Source: Hemiscyllium ocellatum (taxonomy: Eukaryota). Taken from it: 64,000 nt of DNA. The position numbers were made by a program, and so were the translations under genes. The notes beneath the pieces are model-generated. The model did no database searches, had not been told where the DNA came from, and was given only the letters and a program-made list of their open reading frames with translations. This document shows, in pieces, positions 48,885 through 57,799 of this stretch. The stretch covers positions 4,481,479-4,545,478 of the forward strand of contig NC_083450.1 of NCBI RefSeq assembly GCF_020745735.1, in the 5' to 3' direction. Each line of letters opens with the position of its first letter. The first letter of the stretch is position 1.

Positions 48885-49255
48885 TCTGAACTGTGGACTT
48901 CAACAGTTTCCTCATTTCCCCTTCCCCCACCTCACCCTAGTTCCAAACTTCCAGCTCAGCACTGTCCTCCGGACTTGTCCTACCTGCCTGTCTCCTTTTC
49001 CACTTATCCACTCCACCCTCTCCTCCCTGACCTATCACCTTCATACCTTCCCACTCACCCATTGTACTCTATGTTACTTTCTCCCCACCCCCACCCCCCT
49101 CTAGCTTATCTCTCCACGCTTCCAGCTCACTGCCTTTATTCCTGATGAAGGGCTTTTGCCCGAAACGTCGATTTCGCTGCTCGTTGGATGCTGCCTGAAC
49201 TGCTGTGCTCTTCCAGCACCACTGATCCAGAATCTGGTTTCTAGCATCTGCAGTC
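48885..49255 (+). mobile_element. Penelope-like pLTR fragment with hammerhead core, abutting the SINE
   Basis: Pyrimidine-rich pLTR as at 19920-20230. CTGATGA A GGGC-tttt-GCCC GAAAC GTC at 49142-49169. Confidence 0.8.
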
Positions 49256-49391
49256 ATCCTATGAGAACTAAATCCAATCGCATGTTAAAATACCATAAAC
49301 CCTAAAGTTCAGATGATGGACAATGATGTGAGAAGCCAGAAATAGATCGGTGAAAACCCGAAGTGTCGATTTGTTTGGTCTCTGCCCCTTC

Positions 49392-49515
49392 ATTTGCATT
49401 GCACTGAATAAATAGAGGTGGGAGAGCCGACTCCAATTTACTGACACTGGGTGCTAAGGGTCTCCAGGGAGTTCAGAACAAACACTTCGATTGAAGGAAA
49501 CAACCAAGACAGCTG
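49392..49515 (+). promoter_or_regulatory. Ig promoter of cluster 3
   Basis: ATTTGCAT 49392-49399, AATAAATA 49407-49414, CAGCTG 49510-49515, upstream of ATG 49543. Confidence 0.88.
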
Positions 49516-49542
49516 ACTGTTTCCGCGCAATCTCCAGCAGAA

Positions 49543-49591
49543 ATGTTTCCGATGCTGCGACTGCTGTGTGTCCTGCTGCTCCATGTAACAG
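49543..49591 (+). CDS. IgL leader exon, cluster 3
   Basis: MFPMLRLLCVLLLHVT+G, hydrophobic signal peptide, phase-1 donor G|GTCAG. Confidence 0.9.
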
Positions 49592-49699
49592 GTCAGAAAT
49601 TGCTCTGGATTGATGGCTGACCGTTAAATACCACTTGGCTTTGTTTCACATCCGCTGGCAACGTCTCTCAATGTGCGTATTCTGTTCCTTTAGCTGCAG

Positions 49700-50025
49700 G
49701 TTCTTTGGCCGTTCCTGTCCTCAATCAGAGTCCAGTGGCTGACCCACTCTCTGCCGGTCAGACTGTCCAAGTGAAGTGCGTGATGCAGAACGGTAATCTA
49801 GGCAGCTACGATGTGGTCTGGTACCGACAGAGTCCCGGAGAAGCACCGGTCTGGGTGATCAGGCATGAGAACGATAATGACATTTTCAGGGGCACTGGTT
49901 TCACTGACCATTTCCAACCTTCTCGAGACTCCCTCAGTAACACTTACATCCTAACCATCAGAAACCTGCTCTCCGGTGACTCTGCCGTCTATTACTGTGC
50001 TGTGTGGGATAGCGCAGCTGTTTAT
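49700..50025 (+). CDS. Ig light-chain V exon, shark type I/NS5 (sigma-cart)-like, intact and unrearranged
   Basis: ctgcAG acceptor. (G)SLAVPVLNQSP..KCVMQNGNLGSYDVVWYRQSPGEAPVWVI..RGTGFTDHFQPSRD..LTI..DSAVYYCAVWDSAAVY, with canonical C, W and YYC. VPVLNQ, EAPVWV and GTGFTD-FQPSRD are NS5-type motifs as I recall them. Confidence 0.93.
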
Positions 50026-50053
50026 CACAGTGAGACAGGCCAATACAATAATC
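50026..50053 (+). other. V recombination signal, 12-bp spacer
   Basis: CACAGTG-agacaggccaat-ACAATAATC (nonamer 7/9 match to ACAAAAACC). Confidence 0.93.
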
Positions 50054-50387
50054 CAGTTTGCAGAACCACTCAAATTTACAACAGCGTCTGAAACATCACT
50101 ACCTGAAGACAAGTCACTACCTCCAGCAATATCTTTCTGTTGTAGTTGCGGGTAGAGCCCAGCTGGAATTTGAGGGGTTTCTGTCAGATCTCCAGAGATG
50201 TTAGTCTCTGGATCAAACCCTGCACTGTCAGGGTCCCAAAGAAGACAGGGATGACTGAAGCGCTCTCTCATCTGTGAATCAGTCTGACCCACATGCTCCT
50301 CATGTCGCCGAGAAAGGCACCATGTGGAAAAGCAAACATTACTTAATACTTTTTTTTTCTGTTCACCCCACACCAGCTCTTATTTTG

Positions 50388-50426
50388 GATTCTTGGCGAG
50401 CCACCGCATTGGAATGACCCTCTGTG
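50388..50426 (-). other. J recombination signal, 23-bp spacer
   Basis: Minus strand CACAGAG-23bp-CCAAGAATC (nonamer 6/9). Confidence 0.85.
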
Positions 50427-50464
50427 ATTCATTTTCGGTGGTGGGACCACTCTGAATGTTCGCA
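50427..50464 (+). CDS. IgL J segment, cluster 3
   Basis: A TTC ATT TTC GGT GGT GGG ACC ACT CTG AAT GTT CGC A|GTAAGT = FIFGGGTTLNVR. Confidence 0.93.
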
Positions 50465-50629
50465 GTAAGTGATTCTGTTTTCTCTCTCTTTATCATTCAG
50501 ATTAATTTCATTTTTCTTCCTTCGGTGTCGATTCAGTTCTCCAAATTTCGCCAAATCATGATTTAACAGATTTCGCAACCAATCGAACTTGCACAACAAG
50601 CCGGCACTGTCTAACAATTCTCTCACTCG

Positions 50630-53600
50630 CTCAGTCACGAAGGTTAAAGTATCGTTTATATCAATAATTCTCTCACATAATCGGACAGGTCAGGGCATTT
50701 TACATGTATTAGAATTTTGATCGCATTCACACACACGGGGCAGATAGAGTTTAATGCTCTTTCATACATGCATTTGGTGCTCTTTCCAAAATTCTGTCTG
50801 TGTCCCAGACACACACAGATCGGAATGTTATTTACGTCAATGATTCTCTCTTCCTCTCCCCCTCTGTATGACACACTCATCAATGTTATATTAATTCATA
50901 TAATAGAACCAGAATACCCAGCATCCGGGTGCTATGTATTTATTACTAATTATTATTGCTCTTTAAAACTCTCTGTCATTCACACACACAGGTCAGGAAT
51001 TATATCAGTAACACTTAACGGTCAGTGTTACATTAATAATTCCCTCTCATGCAGGCAGACACAGGTCAGTGCGTTATTTTCTGAATCTATCTCTTTGTCT
51101 CTCTGTCTCTCTGTCTCTCTCTCTCTCTCTCTGTCATGCACACACAGGTGAACATGCACATATGCGTGCACATGTGCAAATGTCCACACACAACTCAGTG
51201 TGTTATTTCTATTAATCATTCTTATTCTCACATATACATGCGGGTTAGAGATTATATTAGAAATTCGGTCTCATACACTCACAGGTCAGTGATATATCAA
51301 TATTTCTAACGCCCTACATATATAGGCCAGAGATTCTACCAAAATTCTCTGTCGCATTTACAAGCTATAGTTCCTTTAATAATTTTCTCTCTCCATCTCT
51401 CTCACTCCCTCTTGCTCTTCTCCCATCTTCCCCTCTGCACCCCTCCCCATCCCAACGCGTAGAATGCTCAGTGTGATATTAATATTAGAAATTCTCTCTC
51501 ACGCAAATTTGCATACATCAGAGATTATATCAGTAATTCTCTCTCGGACACACAGGTCATGATTGTGTTCCCAAACTCTTTCTCAAACAAAGACATAGCA
51601 ATCATACTTCTCTTTCTCTCTCGCTTTCTCTCTCTCTATCTCTGACACACATACAGCACCAAGGCTGGTTTGTTGTATCTGTGTATAATTCTCTGTTTCT
51701 CACAAACACGCAGTTCAGAGATTGTAACAATATTTCTACCAAGAGTTATCTCTCCCACAGGGCATTGTTACAATGTAATACTTGTTCACGAATGCGCACA
51801 GGTCAGATATTTTTTCTCAATAACACTATTACAAGCATAGGTCAGTGTTATGCTTGTAATTCTCTCTGTCTCTCTAACACACACATACACACACACACAC
51901 ACACACACCAGTCAGAGTGTTATATATCTTCGTAATTCTTTCTTTCACTCTTCCCTTGTCCCTCTCTCATACTCAGATGTGTATACACAGTCGAGAGTAT
52001 GCATTATTAATTCTCTCTCTCACGTACGTCAGAAAGTTCATCGTTATATTCCTCTGGCACACAGGTCAGAGTATTGTATATATTATTATTTATCACTCAC
52101 ATGCAGGTCACACAGTAATATTGGTAACTCTTAGCCTTTTCCTCTCTCATACGCAGGTCAGTGTTACATTAATGGTTCACTCTCACACAAACATTTCGTA
52201 GTCAATGTTATTAATATCAACAATTGTCTCTCCCTGTCTGTCTCCAACACACACGAACATACACGTAAAGCTCACTGCTTTATATATGTTACTAATTTGC
52301 TCTCATAGATAAGCACAAACAAGTCAGACATTCTAACAACATTTCTTTCTCACAAGCAGGTCAGTGATATGTTAATAATTCTCCCTTTCTCAAAACAAAA
52401 TCCGGGGCAGAAGTTAAGTATTTTAACAATTCTCCCTCTCGCTCACACACAACTCACACATTGCTCCAAGATTTAATCAAGAATTCTCTTACACACAAAT
52501 AGATCAGCGTGCAATTTACGTTAATAATTTTCTCGCTCTCTCTCTCTCCCCCCCCCCCCCCCCCCCATCTCTCTCTCTCTTTCTCTCACGTACCCACAAG
52601 GAGACAGATCAGGGATTGCATCAATAATTCTATCTCAACTACACAAGTCAGTGTTACAGTAATAATTCTCTCCCATAGATATACACAGGCCAGTGAGTTA
52701 CTTGCATTTACATTTCTCTCTCTCTCTCTTTCTCTCTCTCTTCCCCCGCGTTCTATCTCGCCCCCCCCCCCCCCCCCACACACAGACGCCAGTTTAACAG
52801 TTCTATCTCATAGCGAGCTAATTATATTAATAATTCTTTTCTTTACAACAGCAGAAGTCATTGACTTATTTCTGTTAATAATTGGCCGTCTCCCTCTCTC
52901 TCACGCACACACAAAAAGACATTAGAATTTGCAACAAGAATAATTATTTGTCGGCACATACAGATCAGATAGAGTATATCAATAACTGACTTAGGTAAAC
53001 TGGTCCGAGTTATATTAATCTTTCTCTGTCTCACTCAGTCACAACGAGTGCTACTTACATAAGTAATTCTCTGTCTCTCATATATTCGCAAATAACACAC
53101 AGATCAGAGTTCACATCAATAATCATCTGCCTCACACACAAGACAAATACATAAATTGCGAGGAAGTGTGAGCAGATCTAACAGCATCTGTGGAGAGAAA
53201 TCAGAGATAATGTTTTGGTTCCAGTGACCCTTCTGCAGAATCCATTATAATATGTCTGTCATACCCTGGTCAGAATGTCATATATATTAATAATCATTTC
53301 TCACGCGCAGATTTGATGGCTATATTAATAACTCTTGTCCTATCTCTGTCTCCCTAACGCACACAAATATACAGAGGTCAGATTGACATTTTAATCATTC
53401 TCTCTCACACTTACAGGACAGCCTGCAACATGCCAATAATTCTCTCTGTCCTCTCTCATTCATAAAAACAAGCACAGAAGTCAGAGAGCCTTATACACAG
53501 GAATAAATCTGTCTCCCGCTCTGCATTTCCCGAACGCACACAGGCCAGACTGCCCGATATTAATTATACTGTTTCTGAGGCACGCTCACACATGACGTCA

Positions 53601-53700
53601 GAGTATTATATACTAATAACAAAGTTTCTGTGTCTTCACACGGAGTTCATATTTCCTAACTTTCCTTTCACGCATCGGTCAGTTTTGTTTTATTCCATAC
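50630..53700 (+). repeat. J-C intron ~40-bp satellite, cluster 3
   Basis: Same degenerate unit as in clusters 1 and 2. Confidence 0.75.
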
Positions 53701-53730
53701 ATTTAAACATCTTTTACTCCCCACACACAG

Positions 53731-54053
53731 GTAGTGATGATCGGAAACCATCTGTCCTTTTGCTCCCTCCTCCGCCAGATCAAATAGACATGGGGTCAGC
53801 GACACTGTCCTGTCTGGTGAGTCAGTTTAAGCCGGGCTTTGTGCAGGTCCAATGGAGCGTGGATGGGAAGGAAACAGACAGTGGAGTGACAACAAGCGCT
53901 GTATCCCTGAACAGTGACCAAAGCTACAGCCTGAGCAGTTACCTGACAGTCTCAGCCACTGATTGGAAGAAAGGCTCCAGGTATTCCTGCAGTGTGAGGC
54001 ACGGTTCACTGAACTCACCTCTCCTCAACACCATCAGCTCCAGCGACTGTTAG
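53731..54053 (+). CDS. IgL constant exon, cluster 3 (intact)
   Basis: cacAG|GT.. = SDDRKPSVLLLPPPPDQIDMGSATLSCLVSQFKPGFVQVQWSVDGKETDSGV..YSCSVRHGSLNSPLLNTISSSDC*. Phase matches J. Confidence 0.95.
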
Positions 54054-54327
54054 TCTGAGGAAAACAATGACTCGGGTCAGTCGCTGTGAGACATTCTGCA
54101 TTTTGTTGTTTGTTTTAGTTTTGCAATGTAATTTCTGCAGCAGTGTCATTATTTAGTGAATAATCTGAGTATTGAAGGGTATCAGGAGCGGGTGAAATGC
54201 TTATTCCATTTGGTGTGTGGAGATTTCCTGTTGCAATTGTAACTCTAATTCTGGGTAGAATGGGAGTACTCTCCCATTTTTAGACATTTACCATGTTGCA
54301 TTTGTGAACATTGTAACCACAGGTCTG

Positions 54328-54333
54328 AATAAA
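54328..54333 (+). terminator. Polyadenylation signal of cluster 3
   Basis: AATAAA about 275 nt after the stop, conserved at 19438 and 31892. Confidence 0.75.
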
Positions 54334-54488
54334 TATGAAATGGTATCAGGAAATGAGTGTGCCTCATTATTGAACATTGAAAGAGGCACTGAGAGGGTTG
54401 GCAGTGGATAGTTTACACGTGTGGCAATGTTACACTGGACTATATCAATGTGATCGTACATCCATAATTTTCATCTCAATCACTCCTC

Positions 54489-55044
54489 ATGTTGCAGTTG
54501 TATAAGACTCTGGTGAGGCCTCATCTGGAGTATTGTGTGCAGTTTTGGTCGCCATACTATAGGAAGGATGTGGAAGCTTTAGAACGAGTGCAGAGGAGGT
54601 TTACCAGGATGTTGCCTGGAATGGTAGGAAAATCTTATGAGGAAAGGCTGAGGCACTTGGGGCTGTTCTCATTGGAGAAGAGAAGGTTTAGGGGAGATCT
54701 GATAGAAGTGTATAAGATGATTAGGGGTTTAGATAGGGTAGATACTAAGAACCTTTTACCGCTAATGGAGTCAGGTGTTACTAGGGGACATAGCTTTAAA
54801 TTAAGGGGTGGTAGGTATAGGACAGATGTTAGGGGTAGATTCTTCACACAGCGGGTTGTGAGTTCATGGAATGCCCTGCCCGTATCAGTGGTGAACTCTC
54901 CTTCTTTATGTTCATTTAAGCGGGCATTGGATAGGCATTTGGAAGTTATTGGGCTAGTATAGGTTAGGTAGGACTCGTTCGGCGCATCATCGAGGGCCGA
55001 AGGGCCTGTACTGCGCTGTATCCTTCTATGTTCTATGTTCTATG
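54489..55044 (+). mobile_element. CR1 (HER1-like) LINE 3' fragment
   Basis: ORF 54489..54962: LYKTLVRPHLEYCVQFWSPYYRKDVEALERVQRRF..GRFFTQRVVSSWNALP. (TTCTATG)n tail. Confidence 0.93.
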
Positions 55045-56508
55045 AACACACGCACACTTTCCTTCTCTGACACACACTCTCTTTAACTCTCTCTGTCACA
55101 TGCACACTTTCCCTTTTCAACACAATCACTTATGAATTCACAATTTCTACCACGTTAACAATCTCTCTCCCTCTCCCTCGCTGTCTTGCACATTCTCTCT
55201 GAGACTCTTACATCCTCTCACACACATGCTGCCTGTTTCACATGCCCACTTTCACTCCCTCACACACTCATACTTTCTATCTTTTGCATACACTTCCTCA
55301 CTTCTTCCCACCATCTCTCTCACCCTTCTCCTTTCTAAGTCTCTCATGCACACCAGTTCTGTCTCACACCCACACTTGCAATTTTACACACGCTCTCATT
55401 CTTTTATATAGTCTCACTCCCAAACATACACATATTTTCTCTGTCTTACATGCACTCTCACATACACCCATTTGCTATGTTACACAATCATTCTCTTCAA
55501 CATTTCTTCTCTCACATGTACAGTCACACACACTTTCCCTTGCTGAAAAACATTTTCCCTTTTCACACGCTCTCTTTCAAACACATAGATACTGAATAGC
55601 ACATTTGAGGCTGAGATGAAGAGAAATTTCTTCACTCAGAGGATGGTGAACCTTTGGAATTTTCCAGCAGAGAATTGTGTGGTGGTCAAGTCATTGCTAT
55701 CGATATTAGAAGAAAATCGTTTCCTCAAGACTAAAGCTGTTAAAGGGTTTGAGAGATAACGACAGAATACATCGAGTCATGATTGAGTCATAATGGCATT
55801 GAAAAGCAGGGCAGACTGGATGGGCCAAGTGGTCTCAGACTGTTCATATACTCTGTGTTTTTGGCACAGCCAATGGGCATACACATGGAGAGAAGGACAC
55901 ACCCACAAAAAAACCCAAATTAATATCTTCTATGTCGATCTAGAGTGGGAAATAAATTTCAACATACTGAGAGATCACTCCACAATTATCCAGGTATTTG
56001 TCTCACTTATACATGTGCTTAATAATCCTGAAACTAAGTGATGAGCATGGGGAACTGGTGAGAGCTGACATTTGCCTTCTCAGGAGAGATTCAGCAGTTT
56101 TAGCCTGCGTTCACTGGTGTTCAGAAGAATGAGACCAGAACTAATTGAGCTGGATATCATGCTGACGCTGATTGACAAAGTAAACGTAGAGTGGACCTTT
56201 CCCTCACGAGGGGTATTCTAGCCGAGAGTTTTCGAATCAGTGGTAGATGATTTGAAACAGAGATGAGGAGGAATGATTTTCCAGCACCACTCTAATCTCA
56301 CCTTCAGAGAATGGCAAGCCTGGGCTCCAAATTCATCAATAAGAGGCGTTTCCCCGAGTATATGCAGTGCTCTGATTTTTCCAGAGAGTCCAGTGTCTTT
56401 TAAACTTGAGTTAGGTAATATCCACAAAAAAAATGGAGCAAGCATTCTGAAACGACTCACACTCCTACCATCTGCCCTCCAACACACGCATTGAGTCTGC
56501 ACCACCAT

Positions 56509-56816
56509 TTAGATTAGACTTACAGTGTGGAAACAGGCCCTTCGGCCCAACAAGTCCACACCGACCCGCCGAAGCGAAACCCACCCATACCCCTACATTA
56601 CCCCTTACTAACACTACGGGCAATTTAGCATGGCCAATTCACCTGACCCGCACATCTTTGGACTGTGGGAGGAAACCGGAGCACCCGGAGGAAACCCACG
56701 CAGACACGGGGAGAACGTGCAAACTCCACACAGTCAGTCGCCTGAGTCGGGAATTGAACCCGGGTCTTCAGGCGCTGTGAGGCAGCAGTGCTAACCACTG
56801 TGCCACCGTGCCGCCC
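56509..56816 (-). mobile_element. HE1-like V-SINE
   Basis: Near-consensus reverse complement copy. Confidence 0.92.
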
Positions 56817-57091
56817 ACAAATCAATTTAATTATCCTCACCAATAATTTCCTTGCTTTGTTATACGGGGCATTTTTGATTTGTAATCATCAATTTTCCTC
56901 CCTTCTTAAAGGATGCAGACACTGTTCTGTCAAACGCATTTAGAAAATGCGAGGTAAACTCTTGTGGGCTCAGGCCGTGGTGACACATATATGTCCACCA
57001 TGTTATCTCGAGAGGTTCTGCTGTCATTGCAGTTGCAGTTGTTCAGTCTCTGCAGAGAGTCTCATCAGAGGACAAGATCGAGGACAGAAGT

Positions 57092-57647
57092 TGCTGCATT
57101 TGTTGTACCTGGTGTGGTCTCCTGTACATCAGGGAGACAGGACACTTTCTGGTGGATCATTTCAGAGAACATCTCTGGGTCATCTGCACCCACCAACCCC
57201 ACTGCCCCGTGGCTGAACACTTCAACTCCCCCTCACACTCAAGGACGTGGAGGTCCTGGGCCTCCTTCACCACTAAACTATTACCACCCGATACCTGGAG
57301 GAGGAATGCTTCATATTTCGCCTTGGGACCCTGCAACCACACGGGATAAATGTGGATTGCAACAGCCTCCTCATTTCCCCTCTCCCCACATTATCCCAGT
57401 CCCAAACCTCCAACGTGGCACCGCCCTCTGGAACCATCCATCACTGCCTCCTCTGACCTATCACCTTCTCTCTCACTGTCATCCACCTACTGCTTCCCAG
57501 CAACCTCTCTTAACTCCAACCTCTCCAATTTATCTCTCAGCCCCAGTCCACAAGCCTCATTCCTGATGAAGGGGTTATGCCCGAAACGTCAATGCTCCTC
57601 GGATGCTGGCTGACCTGCTGTGCTTTTCCAGCACCACACTCTCGAAA
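57092..57647 (+). mobile_element. Penelope-like 3' part (GIY-YIG) with decayed hammerhead, 11-bp TSD
   Basis: CICCTWCGLLYIRET..DHFREHL..PVAEHFNSPSHS. CTGATGAAGGGG-ttat-GCCCGAAACGTC at 57563-57590. TSD aggacagaagt at 57081-57091 and 57648-57658. Confidence 0.85.
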
Positions 57648-57799
57648 AGGACAGAAGTATACCATTCATCCTGTTCCACCATAAAATACTATCATGTCGT
57701 TAACTCCACTTTCCTGCCCACTCCCCATTAGCCACTTAACCCATTCTTTATTAAGTTTCTATCTTTTCCTCAAAGTTGCTTAGTAATACAGCATCCATC

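Noticed and set aside
28939-50025. Productive inter-cluster joining of V3 to J2-C2
   Set aside because: J2 lies upstream of V3 with outward-facing RSSs, so the coding joint would be on an excised circle. Shark rearrangement is also known to be mainly intra-cluster.
50050-50091. ORF extension HSETGQYNNPVCRTTQIYNSV after V
   Set aside because: It is read-through of the RSS and V-J interval, not coding sequence.
50026-50426. Germline-joined VJ gene
   Set aside because: V and J remain separated by RSSs in clusters 2 and 3, and cluster 1 has no V. No coding joint is present.
14983-51514. Octamers in J-C introns (14983, 15562, 30123, 51507) as an intronic enhancer
   Set aside because: They are not consistently at orthologous positions across all three clusters and fall within degenerate satellite, so chance occurrence is plausible.
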